DNA of 64,000 bases from an uncultured Porphyromonadaceae bacterium (GTDB taxonomy: Bacteria > Bacteroidota > Bacteroidia > Bacteroidales > Barnesiellaceae_A). The notes under the pieces are model-generated. The model was not told where the DNA came from. It worked only from the letters and a program-made list of their open reading frames with translations, and did no database searches. How positions within the stretch are numbered: the first letter of the stretch is position 1; each line of letters starts with the position of its first letter. Where the stretch lies: positions 103,743 through 167,742 of the forward strand of contig CALATP010000049.1 in NCBI GenBank assembly GCA_937891845.1, in the 5' to 3' direction. The translations under genes were made by a program, and so were the position numbers. This document shows positions 1-10,485 of this stretch, piece after piece.

Positions 1-218
1 TTAAAGTATTGCAACGTTATGATAATAACTTTATATCAACGTCGCAACAACTGGCCGATGCTATTGTAGAGATGAGCAAAATGAGTAAAAAAGATAAAAA
101 CGCCATTGACCGTGCAGCCACAAAGTTGGCTGCCGAGGCCGAATGGAAAAATTTTATAGTATACTATGAGCAAGCTTATGAAATAGCATTGCAACGTATG
201 CAAGAAAGAAAACAATAA
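1..218 (+). CDS. 3' end of a CDS truncated by the window edge; function unknown (possibly the glycogen-synthase-type glycosyltransferase that often precedes glgP)
   Basis: The frame is open from the window edge (frame of nt 3) to the stop at 216-218. The only functional hint is that glgP lies 24 nt downstream. Confidence 0.35.
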   Translation, partial: KVLQRYDNNFISTSQQLADAIVEMSKMSKKDKNAIDRAATKLAAEAEWKNFIVYYEQAYEIALQRMQERKQ

Positions 219-241
219 TACAAATCATAAACATTAAAACT

Positions 242-2806
242 ATGACAGTAAAAGCAAGTAATACCAACGCTCCTATCTGGCGTGATGTTACAGTAAAAGC
301 GAGTCTGCCTGCAGAGTTGTCAAATCTTGAAACTTTGTCAAAGAACCTTTGGTGGGTATGGAACACATCGGCCAAAAGTCTCTTTCGCGACCTTGACCCT
401 GAATTGTGGAATGCCACAAAAGAAAATCCTGTTTTGATGCTGCAAAGTATGAGCTACGAGAAAATCGAGGCTATACTTTCGGACAAATCAATGATGCGTC
501 GTATTGCAGATGTATATGACGAATTCCAAGAATATATGAATGTTGAGAAACGTACTGATGTCCCTTCAGTATCATACTTCTCTATGGAATATGGTCTTGC
601 AGCTGCTCTCAAGATATATTCGGGCGGTCTTGGCGTTCTTGCCGGTGACTACTTGAAAGAGGCTAGCGATAGCCGTGTTAATATGACCGGTGTCGGCTTT
701 TTGTATCGTTATGGATACTTCTCGCAAACACTCTCAATGGATGGTCAACAAATTGCCAACTACGAGGCTCAAAAGTTCAACCAACTTCCTATCGAGCAAG
801 TATGCGAGCCTGATGGACGTCCTATGATTCTTGAGGTGCCTTTCCCCGGCCGTATTATCTATTCACACATTTGGCGAGTGAATGTTGGTCGTATTTCACT
901 CTATTTGATGGATACAGACCTCGATTTGAATAGCGAGTTTGACCGTCCTATTACCTTCCAACTTTATGGCGGTGATTGGGAAAACCGTATGAAACAAGAG
1001 TATATGCTCGGTATCGGTGGTGTGCTTATGTTGCACAAACTTGGTATCAATAGCCAAGTATATCACTGTAATGAAGGTCACGCAGCTCTTCTCAACGTTC
1101 AACGTCTTGTTGACTATGTTGGTAAAGGCTTGAATTTTGCCGAGGCTCTTGAAGTAGTTCGTGCTTCATCTCTTTATACAGTACACACACCTGTTCCTGC
1201 CGGTCACGACTACTTTGATGAGTCACTCTTTGGCAAGTATATGGGTGAATTCCCTGCCAAATTGGGCATTTCTTGGAATGACTTTATCAATATGGGTCGT
1301 GAAAATCACGATAGTTCTGAGAAATTCTCTATGAGTGTATTTGCTTGCAATACTTGTCAAGAAGTAAATGGTGTGAGCTGGTTACACGGTAAAGTTTCTC
1401 AAAAGATGTTCCAACCTATTTGGAAAGGATATGCACCAGATGAACTTCACGTTGGCTACGTAACCAATGGTGTGCATATGCCTACTTGGGCGGCTTCAGA
1501 GTGGAAAGAATTCTACAATGAGAAACTTGGTAAGGAGTATATGCAAGACCAATCAAATTGCGATATATGGAGCCGTATTTATGAGGTTGATGACCAAGAA
1601 ATATGGAATATGCGTCAAACAATGAAAAACAAATTTATCAAATTTGTTAAAGAGGACTTCCGTGAAACTTGGTTGAAAAATCAAGGTGATCCTTCTCGCA
1701 TTGTTTCGGTACTCGAACGCATTAATCCCAATGCATTGCTTGTAGGTTTTGCTCGTCGCTTTGCTACATACAAACGCGCTCACTTGTTGTTTACCGATCT
1801 TGAGCGTCTTTCTAAGATTGTAAACAATCCCGATCGTCCTGTACAATTCATTTTTGCAGGTAAGGCTCACCCTGCCGATGGTGCCGGTCAAGGTCTTATC
1901 AAACGTATTGTTGAGATTTCTCGTATGCCCGAATTCCTTGGTAAGATTATCTTCTTGGAGAATTACGATATGAAGATTTCAAAACGCCTTATTTCGGGTG
2001 TGGATATTTGGATGAATACTCCTACTCGTCCTCTTGAGGCATCCGGAACATCGGGCGAGAAAGCCGAGATGAATGGTGTCCTTAACTTCTCGGTACTTGA
2101 TGGATGGTGGTATGAAGGTTATCGCGAAGGTGCAGGTTGGGCTTTGACCGCCAAACGTACATTCCAAGATCAAGCACAACAAGATAAACTTGATGCTGCT
2201 ACTATCTACTCAATGTTTGAGAACGAAATTATTCCTCTCTACTTTGCCAAGAACAGCAAGGGTTATTCACCCGAGTGGATTCAATACATCAAGAAATCTA
2301 TCGCAGAGATTGCTCCCGTATATACAATGAAACGTCAGCTTGATGATTACATCGATCGTTTCTATCGTAAAGAAGGAGAGCGCTCAACTCTACTTCAAGC
2401 CAATAACTTTGCCAAAGCTAAAGAAATTGCTGCGTGGAAAGCTCAAGTTTCAGCTAAATGGGATGAGATTGAGATATGTGATGTAAAAATCCCCGATCCT
2501 ATGCTTTACGCTCCTCAAGCTGGTGAAACATATCCTATCGAGGTTACAATCGATAACAAAGGTTTGGGCAACTGCATTGGAGTTGAGTTGGTTGCTATTC
2601 CTGCCGATAGCGCAGTGAACAGTCACGATATGGTACTCCACAGTGTACAAAAACTTGAAGTAGTAAAAATTGAAGGTTCTCGTATCACATATCGTTTGCA
2701 AAATACTATTGATAAAGCAGGTGCATTCCGTTTCTCATTCCGTATGTATCCTAAAAATAGTGATCTTCCCCACCGTCAAGATTTTGCATACGTTCGTTGG
2801 TTCTAA
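242..2806 (+). CDS. glgP: alpha-glucan (glycogen/maltodextrin) phosphorylase, GT35 family
   Basis: 854 aa with an ATG start. Contains [14 protein letters not shown] (PLP-lysine signature region of GT35) and the [11 protein letters not shown] and HCNEGHAA motifs. Confidence 0.9.
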   Translation: MTVKASNTNAPIWRDVTVKASLPAELSNLETLSKNLWWVWNTSAKSLFRDLDPELWNATKENPVLMLQSMSYEKIEAILSDKSMMRRIADVYDEFQEYMNVEKRTDVPSVSYFSMEYGLAAALKIYSGGLGVLAGDYLKEASDSRVNMTGVGFLYRYGYFSQTLSMDGQQIANYEAQKFNQLPIEQVCEPDGRPMILEVPFPGRIIYSHIWRVNVGRISLYLMDTDLDLNSEFDRPITFQLYGGDWENRMKQEYMLGIGGVLMLHKLGINSQVYHCNEGHAALLNVQRLVDYVGKGLNFAEALEVVRASSLYTVHTPVPAGHDYFDESLFGKYMGEFPAKLGISWNDFINMGRENHDSSEKFSMSVFACNTCQEVNGVSWLHGKVSQKMFQPIWKGYAPDELHVGYVTNGVHMPTWAASEWKEFYNEKLGKEYMQDQSNCDIWSRIYEVDDQEIWNMRQTMKNKFIKFVKEDFRETWLKNQGDPSRIVSVLERINPNALLVGFARRFATYKRAHLLFTDLERLSKIVNNPDRPVQFIFAGKAHPADGAGQGLIKRIVEISRMPEFLGKIIFLENYDMKISKRLISGVDIWMNTPTRPLEASGTSGEKAEMNGVLNFSVLDGWWYEGYREGAGWALTAKRTFQDQAQQDKLDAATIYSMFENEIIPLYFAKNSKGYSPEWIQYIKKSIAEIAPVYTMKRQLDDYIDRFYRKEGERSTLLQANNFAKAKEIAAWKAQVSAKWDEIEICDVKIPDPMLYAPQAGETYPIEVTIDNKGLGNCIGVELVAIPADSAVNSHDMVLHSVQKLEVVKIEGSRITYRLQNTIDKAGAFRFSFRMYPKNSDLPHRQDFAYVRWF

Positions 2807-2833
2807 ACTGAATAAACTGTATTATATCTATTG

Positions 2834-2866
2834 GCAACACGTTCATAATGAGTGTGTTGCTTTTTT
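2834..2866 (+). terminator. intrinsic terminator after glgP
   Basis: Stem GCAACAC (2834-2840) pairs with GTGTTGC (2854-2860), followed by TTTTTT. Confidence 0.55.
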
Positions 2867-2946
2867 ATAATAATTTATTAACCATTATTTGTCTAAATCG
2901 CCAATTATTTATAATTTTACAGTGTAAAATCTTAATTTTAAAACTT

Positions 2947-3273
2947 ATGGGAAAATTTGTAATTTCTACTCGCAAAAATGGCGAGTTCCAATTCAACCTC
3001 AAAGCCACTAATGGCCAAGTAATCCTTTCGAGCGAGGGATATACTACAAAAGCTGCTTGTGAGAATGGTATCGAGTCAGTAAAGAAAAATGCTCCTGAGG
3101 ATGCGCGTTACGAGCGTAAGGAGGCAGCAAATGGTAAATTCTACTTCAATTTGAAAGCTGCCAATGGTCAAGTAATTGGTAGTAGTCAGATGTATCAAAG
3201 CGAAGACTCTCGAGATAATGGTATTGAATCTGTCAAGAAGAATGCCCCTGACGCAGAGGTCGTAGAAGAATAA
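2947..3273 (+). CDS. YegP-family protein (UPF0339/DUF1508), two tandem repeats
   Basis: Start taken at the ATG at 2947, because the longer ORF from 2848 adds only hydrophobic junk. Two copies of NG(E/K)F.FNLKA.NGQVI.SS..Y....NGIESVKKNAP. Confidence 0.8.
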   Translation: MGKFVISTRKNGEFQFNLKATNGQVILSSEGYTTKAACENGIESVKKNAPEDARYERKEAANGKFYFNLKAANGQVIGSSQMYQSEDSRDNGIESVKKNAPDAEVVEE

Positions 3274-3298
3274 ATTAAGAATTGGTTAAGGTAAAGTG

Positions 3299-3335
3299 CT
3301 GTATCAAAGTATATTTTGATACAGTTTCTTTTTTT
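3299..3335 (+). terminator. intrinsic terminator after the yegP-like gene
   Basis: CTGTATCAAA / TTTGATACAG 10-bp stem with a 6-nt loop, then TTTCTTTTTTT. Confidence 0.7.
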
Positions 3336-3483
3336 ATATATCTAATTACAACTGTCCACCCTATCACTATTTATGACTTATTGGTCAAAAACATTATATA
3401 AAATGGTTGGAATCTATTGGTCTTTATATTTTTGCGCTATTTTCAACAGAAATGTATAAATAGTATTTATAAGAAAATACAAT

Positions 3484-3520
3484 AAAAAATAATCCGCTGT
3501 AGTGTACGCTACAACGGATT
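3484..3520 (-). terminator. intrinsic terminator after fabD
   Basis: 12-bp stem (AATCCGTTGTAG / CTACAGCGGATT with one G-U pair) followed by ATTTTTTATT on the minus strand. Confidence 0.55.
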
Positions 3521-3551
3521 ACCTATATTATTTTAAATTGATATTTACTTA

Positions 3552-4436
3552 TTATTGACGACCGGCAACGACCACATTGGGATTGATCTTCTTTATCATA
3601 CCTTGTAATGCTGCACCGGGACCTACTTCAGTGAACTCTTCAGCTCCATCTGCAATCATATTATTTACAGCATAACTCCAACGAACTGCGGCAGTAAGCT
3701 GAGCTATAAGGTTTTGCTTTATCTCTTCGGGATTGGTATGAGGACGAGCATCAACATTTTGATATACCGGACACGAGGGAGTCATAAAAGGTGTTGCTGC
3801 AATAGCATCGGCAAGCTCGGTACGTGCCGACTCCATCAATGGTGAGTGAAAAGCACCATTTACTTTCAGAGGCAATGCACGTTTTGCACCAGCTTCTTTA
3901 AGTTTTACACAAGCAGCATTTACCGCTTCAACGCTACCCGAGATAACCAATTGTCCGGGGTTGTTATAATTGGCAGGAACGACACAACCATCAGTAACCT
4001 CCGCACAAATTTTTTCAATGACATCATCGGGCAAACCAATTACAGCCGCCATAGTAGATTTTTGCAAATCACAGGCTTTTTGCATAGCCATAGCGCGAGC
4101 CGATACGAGGCGAAGGCCATCTTCAAAGGTCATTGCTCCGGCAGCTACCAGTGCCGAGAACTCTCCCAGTGAGTGACCGGCAACCATATCTGGAGTAAAC
4201 TCATCGCCCATAGTTTTGGCCAAAATTACTGAATGGAGAAATACGGCAGGTTGTGTTACTTTTGTTTGGCGTAGATCTTCATCAGTGCCATTAAACATAA
4301 TATCTGTAATGTTGAAACCTAATATATCATTGGCTTTATCAAACATCTCTTTTGCTACGGGAAAATTCTCATACAAATCTTTTCCCATTCCAACAAATTG
4401 AGAACCTTGACCGGGAAATACAAATGCTTTTTTCAT
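3552..4436 (-). CDS. fabD: malonyl-CoA:ACP transacylase
   Basis: 294 aa. FPGQGSQ N-terminus, GHSLGE active-site serine motif, and GAFHS. Confidence 0.92.
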   Translation of the reverse strand: MKKAFVFPGQGSQFVGMGKDLYENFPVAKEMFDKANDILGFNITDIMFNGTDEDLRQTKVTQPAVFLHSVILAKTMGDEFTPDMVAGHSLGEFSALVAAGAMTFEDGLRLVSARAMAMQKACDLQKSTMAAVIGLPDDVIEKICAEVTDGCVVPANYNNPGQLVISGSVEAVNAACVKLKEAGAKRALPLKVNGAFHSPLMESARTELADAIAATPFMTPSCPVYQNVDARPHTNPEEIKQNLIAQLTAAVRWSYAVNNMIADGAEEFTEVGPGAALQGMIKKINPNVVVAGRQ

Positions 4437-4549
4437 ACCTATTAAAAATCATTTTAAATTATCGGGTGCAAAGTTAGTAAAATTATATTCATTAATTATG
4501 TTTTGCCAATATTATTATCTACTTTTGTATTGAAATATAATTATTGAAT

Positions 4550-4744
4550 ATGATTACAAATATTTTACTACTGCTTAACCTCGGAATTTGGGAAATTGTT
4601 CTCATTGTGTTGTTGGTTTTACTTCTCTTTGGAGGCAAAAAAATACCTGAACTAATGCAAGGACTTGGCAAAGGAGTTCGTAGCTTTAAGAAAGGTATGA
4701 AAGAAGTCGAGGATGAAATAAAGAACGACGATACTGAAAAGTAA
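4550..4744 (+). CDS. tatA: twin-arginine translocase subunit TatA/E
   Basis: An N-terminal TM helix followed by the amphipathic LFGGKKIPELMQGLGKGVRSFKKG. The ATG at 4550 is preferred over the TTG at 4544. Confidence 0.85.
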   Translation: MITNILLLLNLGIWEIVLIVLLVLLLFGGKKIPELMQGLGKGVRSFKKGMKEVEDEIKNDDTEK

Positions 4745-4771
4745 TATATTCTTTTCGTTAGATTGCTGACT

Positions 4772-5569
4772 ATGAGTAAACAGCAAGAAATGACATTTTG
4801 GGAGCATCTTGATGAACTGCGCAGTATCTTATTGCGAATTATAGCTGTGTGGATTGTAGTGTTATTCGCTACAATTATTGTAATGCCCCATATTTTTGAT
4901 TCTGTGATTTTGGCTCCTTGTTCATCCAATTTTATACTTTATAGATGGCTTGACCAAATAAGTCGTTTTTTGCCACAGATGCCTCAATTTGTTGCTGATA
5001 ATACCGATATTTCTCTTATCAACATTCAGCTCACATCGCAATTTGTTACACATATTACCACTTCTATGTGGTTGTCATTGCTATTGGTTTTTCCATATAT
5101 CTTATATCAAATATGGACATTCGTGTCACCAGCCCTATATTCTCACGAGAAAAGCAATGTTAAGTTTACATTCGGTGTTGGCAATCTTATGTTTTATTTG
5201 GGTATTGCAATAGGATATTTGATAGTTTTTCCTCTTACCTTACGTTTTCTTGCCAATTATCAAGTAAGCGATCTTATACCCAATACCATAAGTTTAGACT
5301 CCTATATGAGTAATTTTTTTACTCTCACAATGGCTATGGGGGTAGTTTTTGAGTTACCTCTCATATGTAAACTTTTATCATCAATGGGGCTGATAGATCG
5401 CTCATTCTTTACAATTTACCGTCGACACGCCATTATAGCCATACTCCTACTCGCTGCAATCATTACTCCCAGTGGCGACCCATTTACTCTCATCGTAGTT
5501 TTTATTCCTATTTACATTGTCTACGAAATTAGTGCCCTGTTTGTATCACCTCACAAGAAACAATCTTGA
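4772..5569 (+). CDS. tatC: twin-arginine translocase subunit TatC
   Basis: MTFWEHLDELR-type N-terminus, six hydrophobic segments, and a position adjacent to tatA. The ATG at 4772 is preferred over the TTG at 4763. Confidence 0.88.
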   Translation: MSKQQEMTFWEHLDELRSILLRIIAVWIVVLFATIIVMPHIFDSVILAPCSSNFILYRWLDQISRFLPQMPQFVADNTDISLINIQLTSQFVTHITTSMWLSLLLVFPYILYQIWTFVSPALYSHEKSNVKFTFGVGNLMFYLGIAIGYLIVFPLTLRFLANYQVSDLIPNTISLDSYMSNFFTLTMAMGVVFELPLICKLLSSMGLIDRSFFTIYRRHAIIAILLLAAIITPSGDPFTLIVVFIPIYIVYEISALFVSPHKKQS

Positions 5570-5730
5570 TAAGCACTATTAGTCGATTTTTAGAAATCAT
5601 TTATAATCAATATTTATATCGATTTTTATCTATTTATAATTCATTATATCAGCATTTTTTGTTTACTTTGCAGAGATATACATTTACGACTGAATAAAAT
5701 AATTGTATCACATTTATAAAATCGTTATTT

Positions 5731-7215
5731 ATGAAAAAAATTCTACTATTTACTATTGCTTTGTTTGCAGCATTGACAATTAATGCCGAGCAAATTACAA
5801 TTACTTGGAGTGGCCAAAGCGATTGGGAAGGTGCTGTTGAAGCTGCAAGTACTATTTCTTACAGCTCAAACGGTATCTCTATTACTGCCGATAAGGCTGA
5901 AGGTTCTAACAAACCTACTATTAATGCCAATTCTAACGATTTTCGTTCTTATGCCAACAATACAGTTCGCATAACAAGCGAGGTTGGTAATATGTCACAG
6001 TTGGTATTTGAGCTTTCTAACCAAGGTAAAAAACGTCTTCCTGATCTTACAGTTACAACAGGTACTGTGACTTACGATGTAAATAACGGAAAAGTAACTT
6101 GGACAGGTGATGCTATTGATGTTACATTTACAGTAGGTGCAAAAGCTACTCACGGTACAGAAGGTGCAGAGAAAGCCGGACAATTTGACTTCAACAGTAT
6201 CACAGTTACTACATCTGGTGGTGCTCCTACAGTGGCTATGCCTATCTTCTCACAAAACGGAGGTTCTTTCTACACTCCTGTAACTGTCGAACTTTCTTGC
6301 TCAACAGATGGTGCTTCAATATATTACACTCTTGATGGCACTACACCCGATGCAACTAAAACTCTCTACAACAGCCCTATTACTATTGAGCAAACTACAA
6401 CTGTAAAGGCTGTAGCTGTAAAAGGTAATGATGTATCAAGTGTAAACGAAGCAACTTATACTATATTGTCAATTCCCGAAGTTGACGATATAGCAGCTTT
6501 TTTGGCAACCAACACAACCGGTGCTGCAAAGACCGATGTGTATCGTATAGCTTGCCCTGTTACAGTTATCTATCAATTTGACCGTTACTTGTATATTACA
6601 GATGGTAACACATATATGCAAGTATATGGCTCACTTGACAACACCTATCGCAATGGTGATGTTTTGACTGATATTTGCGGTAGTGTTGGATACTATAACG
6701 GAACATATCAAATGACTCCTGTATCATCTACTTTCGGAGCTGCTACACAAGGTGAAGAGGTTCAACCTATCATCTTTACAGTAAGCGATATTACTGAAGA
6801 AAATGTAAGCCAATATGTTCGCATCAACAATGTTACTGTATCAGAAGAAAAGAAATTTACCGATGCTACCGGTACTATCGATGCTTATAAACGTTTTGAT
6901 GTAGAACTTCCCGCTGTTGGTTCTGACACATATACAGTTGAAGGTTTTGTAAGTATTTATAAAACTACAATCCAAATTTTCCCCACTAAAATCACTAATA
7001 CAACAGCTGTAAGCGCTCAAAAATTGGATGTTAATCGAGTATTCTCGGCTAATGGTTATATCAAAACAACCGGTAATCCTGAGACTGTACACGTTTACAA
7101 CGTAACAGGTAAATTGGTTGCAACCGGTGTTGTTGGTCGTGATATTAAAGTTGCAAATAAAGGTATTTACATTGTCAAAGTTGGCAACAAAGCTACTAAA
7201 GTTGTTGTTAGATAA
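5731..7215 (+). CDS. secreted T9SS cargo protein, adhesin-like (Chb/Hex-C-like Ig domain, OB-fold-like module, C-terminal sorting domain)
   Basis: Signal peptide MKKILLFTIALFAALTINA. GGSFYTPVTVELSCSTDGASIYYTLDGTTPD...TTVKAVAV matches the chitobiase/hexosaminidase C-terminal-like domain pattern. The C-terminal ~80 aa (VHVYNVTGKLV...GIYIVKVGNKATKVVV) matches the T9SS CTD pattern. Confidence 0.75.
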   Translation: MKKILLFTIALFAALTINAEQITITWSGQSDWEGAVEAASTISYSSNGISITADKAEGSNKPTINANSNDFRSYANNTVRITSEVGNMSQLVFELSNQGKKRLPDLTVTTGTVTYDVNNGKVTWTGDAIDVTFTVGAKATHGTEGAEKAGQFDFNSITVTTSGGAPTVAMPIFSQNGGSFYTPVTVELSCSTDGASIYYTLDGTTPDATKTLYNSPITIEQTTTVKAVAVKGNDVSSVNEATYTILSIPEVDDIAAFLATNTTGAAKTDVYRIACPVTVIYQFDRYLYITDGNTYMQVYGSLDNTYRNGDVLTDICGSVGYYNGTYQMTPVSSTFGAATQGEEVQPIIFTVSDITEENVSQYVRINNVTVSEEKKFTDATGTIDAYKRFDVELPAVGSDTYTVEGFVSIYKTTIQIFPTKITNTTAVSAQKLDVNRVFSANGYIKTTGNPETVHVYNVTGKLVATGVVGRDIKVANKGIYIVKVGNKATKVVVR

Positions 7216-7241
7216 GACATTTTATAAGCAATAACATTGGT

Positions 7242-7278
7242 AACGCACAATCTCAAATGATTGTGCGTTATTTTTTTT
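7242..7278 (+). terminator. intrinsic terminator after the T9SS cargo gene
   Basis: AACGCACAATC / GATTGTGCGTT 11-bp stem followed by ATTTTTTTT. Confidence 0.75.
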
Positions 7279-7444
7279 CCTTATTTCAAATCATAATTAG
7301 TGTCAGATACTACAATAATAATAGCTAAAATCTGATATTTATTGGCTATTTATTATATTTGCAGTATGGCACTGTATTATGAAAAATTAGTTCTAAACAA
7401 CTTTCAAAGGTGTCATTGTTCATCACATAAGGAATAAAAACATT

Positions 7445-9202
7445 ATGATTAAGAGAGTATATACTATATCACTATTTATAATCATTTTTGTATGCAATGC
7501 TACTGCTCGCGAGTACATTGTTGAGACACAATGGTATGTAGGTAAAAGTGACTTTAGAGAGGCTACTATTGACAAAGAAAACAGGCTCACCGATAGCTAT
7601 ACACTGATGGATAGTGATACAGTAAATGCATTTTCGACAGGTACCGGCAGTGAGTATCACCTCAATGTAAATGTTATGATTACCAATTTACATAACAACT
7701 CAAAGAGGCGGTATGAGCAATACTACAAAAGTGTCGATGGAAGAATAAAAAAAGGAAAATCGGCAGACCGTCCGGTATATGGATGGGTCTGGGGAATGAA
7801 AGATATGTTGCATTATAATGCTTTGTGGTTACGTCCGAGTAAATTGGACGATGATTTATATGCCAATGAAACTGTAGAATATTGTGTTGTCAGCATTAAT
7901 GGTAGCGATACAACTTATTTTGTAAATTGGAAACAGGCCAATTTCCCTAATATGGCATTCAATAACGGAAAGAATAATATATGGTTACAATACAACAACA
8001 ACACATTGTGGGTAGGCGGTGGTTTTAGTATGGATATACCTTGGTCGGTCGTTCATAATATTCCTTCATTCGGTAATCTTACCGGATTGTATTTGAGTGC
8101 AGGAGCTAAAGTTGTAGTTGAAGATGCTCTTATAGCAGTCATTGACAAAGGAACTATCGAGCAGACTCATTGGAATAGATATACGCTTGATCAATATTTT
8201 ACAAACAATACCACTTCTATGATAGAGGGATTTTGGGATGTATTATTGAGCAATAGAAAGATATCGAATGTGAAAATGGGTGGTAAATATAAATTTGCCA
8301 TTGTGAAGGATGAAGAAATATATAAGTTAATCTATATAGATGGTGCTGAAATATATCCGGGTAAATGGAATGAAGGTGCCGTTAAGGCTATATTAAAACC
8401 CAATATTGTCGGATATTATGAAGTTGTGTGGTATGATGCCGAATGTGAAATGATCGATAACATTATGGCTGCTCAGACCGGAAATGAAATAATATTTGAA
8501 TTTCTCGACGAGGGAACTGAACTTATACTTCAGCGTGCCACTAACTATGACATTCCACGAATGAAGGTCATTGAACATTATGGTACAGGAAGCGGATTTG
8601 CTGTATCATCCGATGGTTATATTGTTACGAACTACCACGTTATATGTGACGGAAAAGATTATAAAGTGTGCCACTATGATAATAATGTTTTCAAGTCTTA
8701 TAGCGCAGAGATTATAGCAGTAGATAGTATATACGATCTAGCCATTCTACAAATAAATGATACTGCTTTCCAAACACTGGATACACTCCCCTACACCATT
8801 ACAGATAGAAAACTACGCAATGGCGAAGAGCTATTCAATTCAAGTTTTCCTGTTGTTGATATATTAAATTACTCACTCAAAAATACTACCGGTATATTAA
8901 CGTCCATATCAGGACTGCACGACTTTAGTTATATGACATCATTAAATATAGACTACGGTAGTAGTGGCAGTTGTGTTTTTGATGGTAATGGTGATATTGT
9001 AGGTGTTATTTTTCAAAAAATCAAAAGCGGTTTATCCAGTATTAATGCTACATATGCAATAAAGACCGAGTATTTAATTTCACTTATGGAGTCAATCGGC
9101 TTAAGTCATAATTGTGGCAGTAATAAATTAAAGGAGTTACCACTACCCGACCGCATCGAGGTGATAACTCCCTATATGTTCCTTATATACGTTAGCTATT
9201 AA
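7445..9202 (+). CDS. secreted trypsin-like serine peptidase (S1 family) with an uncharacterised ~370-aa N-terminal region
   Basis: Signal-like N-terminus. The C-terminal ~200 aa carry the His/Asp/Ser triad contexts TNYHVI, DLAILQI and GSSGSCVF. Confidence 0.75.
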   Translation: MIKRVYTISLFIIIFVCNATAREYIVETQWYVGKSDFREATIDKENRLTDSYTLMDSDTVNAFSTGTGSEYHLNVNVMITNLHNNSKRRYEQYYKSVDGRIKKGKSADRPVYGWVWGMKDMLHYNALWLRPSKLDDDLYANETVEYCVVSINGSDTTYFVNWKQANFPNMAFNNGKNNIWLQYNNNTLWVGGGFSMDIPWSVVHNIPSFGNLTGLYLSAGAKVVVEDALIAVIDKGTIEQTHWNRYTLDQYFTNNTTSMIEGFWDVLLSNRKISNVKMGGKYKFAIVKDEEIYKLIYIDGAEIYPGKWNEGAVKAILKPNIVGYYEVVWYDAECEMIDNIMAAQTGNEIIFEFLDEGTELILQRATNYDIPRMKVIEHYGTGSGFAVSSDGYIVTNYHVICDGKDYKVCHYDNNVFKSYSAEIIAVDSIYDLAILQINDTAFQTLDTLPYTITDRKLRNGEELFNSSFPVVDILNYSLKNTTGILTSISGLHDFSYMTSLNIDYGSSGSCVFDGNGDIVGVIFQKIKSGLSSINATYAIKTEYLISLMESIGLSHNCGSNKLKELPLPDRIEVITPYMFLIYVSY

Positions 9203-9204
9203 AA

Positions 9205-10485
9205 TTATGCCTCCATTGCTTGCTGTATGTCGGCAATGATGTCACTCACATCTTCTATACCAACCGAAAGTCGGATTAGGTCTGGTTCTACGCCTGCCTG
9301 ACGCAGTTGCTCATCAGAGAGTTGTCGATGTGTATGACTTGCTGGATGCAACACCGATGTTCTTGCATCGGCAACGTGAGTAACAATTGCAGCAAGTTTG
9401 AGATTATCCATAAATCTAATTGCGACATCTCTACCACCTTTGAGCGCAAATGATATAACGCCACAAGATCCGTTGGGAAGATATTTACGCCCAAGCTCGT
9501 AGTAGCGATCTTTGGGAAGACCGCAGTAGTGTACCCAAGCTACACGTTCATTGCTCTCTAAAAACTCTGCAACACGTTGAGCATTCTCGCAATGACGTTG
9601 CATACGTAGGTGCAATGTTTCCAATCCTATATTCAACAAGAACGCATTTTGCGGCGATTGTATCGAGCCTAAATCTCGCATAACCTGGCTTGTGGCTTTT
9701 GTTATATATGCCATTTTTCCAAAGCGTTGAGTATATATTAGGCCATGGTAAGATTCATCGGGTTCTGTAAGACAAGTGTACTTATCGTGATAAAGTTCCC
9801 AATCGAAATTTCCACTATCGACAATCGCGCCACCAACAGCTGTAGCGTGACCATCCATATACTTAGTGGTTGAATGAGTAACAATATCACATCCCCACTC
9901 AAAGGGTCTGCAATTGATAGGTGTGGCAAATGTATTATCTACAATCAGGGGTACGCCTCGGCTGTGTGCCAGTCTGGCCATACGCTCAATATCCAGAACA
10001 CTGCAGCCGGGATTGGCAATTGTTTCTCCAAATAAAAGTTTGGTGTTTTCTCTGAAAGCTGCAAGTATAGTTTCGTCGTCGGCATCCTGATCAACAAATG
10101 TTACTTCTATACCTAGCTTTTTCATTGTGACAGCAAACAAGTTGTAAGTTCCGCCATAGATACTGGAAGTACTCACAAAGTGATCACCGGCATTACAAAT
10201 ATTGAATATTGCATAAAAATTGGCTGCTTGACCCGATGATGTGAGCATTGCTGCAACACCACCTTCCAACGCAGCTATCTTTGCGGCAACAGCATCATTT
10301 GTAGGATTCTGAAGGCGTGTATAAAAATAACCATCAGCCTCCAAATCAAACAATTGAGCCATCTGTTCGCTAGTATCATACTTAAATGTTGTACTTTGTA
10401 CTATGGGTAATACTCGTGGTTCTCCTTTAGTCGGTGTCCAACCACTCTGAACACACAGTGTTGCAGGTAAAAATTTATTTTTCAT
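9205..10485 (-). CDS. metY: O-acetylhomoserine aminocarboxypropyltransferase / sulfhydrylase (PLP-dependent)
   Basis: 426 aa. HSTTKYMDGH (PLP lysine), plus YTRLQNPT and the SVGIED C-terminal motif of the Cys/Met-metabolism PLP family. Confidence 0.88.
   Translation of the reverse strand: MKNKFLPATLCVQSGWTPTKGEPRVLPIVQSTTFKYDTSEQMAQLFDLEADGYFYTRLQNPTNDAVAAKIAALEGGVAAMLTSSGQAANFYAIFNICNAGDHFVSTSSIYGGTYNLFAVTMKKLGIEVTFVDQDADDETILAAFRENTKLLFGETIANPGCSVLDIERMARLAHSRGVPLIVDNTFATPINCRPFEWGCDIVTHSTTKYMDGHATAVGGAIVDSGNFDWELYHDKYTCLTEPDESYHGLIYTQRFGKMAYITKATSQVMRDLGSIQSPQNAFLLNIGLETLHLRMQRHCENAQRVAEFLESNERVAWVHYCGLPKDRYYELGRKYLPNGSCGVISFALKGGRDVAIRFMDNLKLAAIVTHVADARTSVLHPASHTHRQLSDEQLRQAGVEPDLIRLSVGIEDVSDIIADIQQAMEA

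Noticed and set aside
2848-2946. 5' extensions of several tracked ORFs: 2848, 4544, 4763, 13758, 20774, 21888, 28622, 54205, 56123, 56768 and 59993.
   Set aside because: The extensions start at TTG/GTG or at out-of-context ATGs. They overlap upstream genes or add junk residues. Internal ATGs give canonical N-termini (signal peptides, a Tat motif, MPRSVNH for L20).
2947-3273. An internal duplication in the small ORF (two ~50-aa repeats).
   Set aside because: This is the normal two-repeat architecture of YegP/DUF1508 proteins.
4519-4929. A 136-aa minus-strand ORF across tatA/tatC, plus similar shadow ORFs inside DPP-IV (43333..44328), UPF0597 (41809..42222), guaB, glnS, GS-III and others.
   Set aside because: All lie antisense to, or out of frame with, strongly supported genes and have no motifs.
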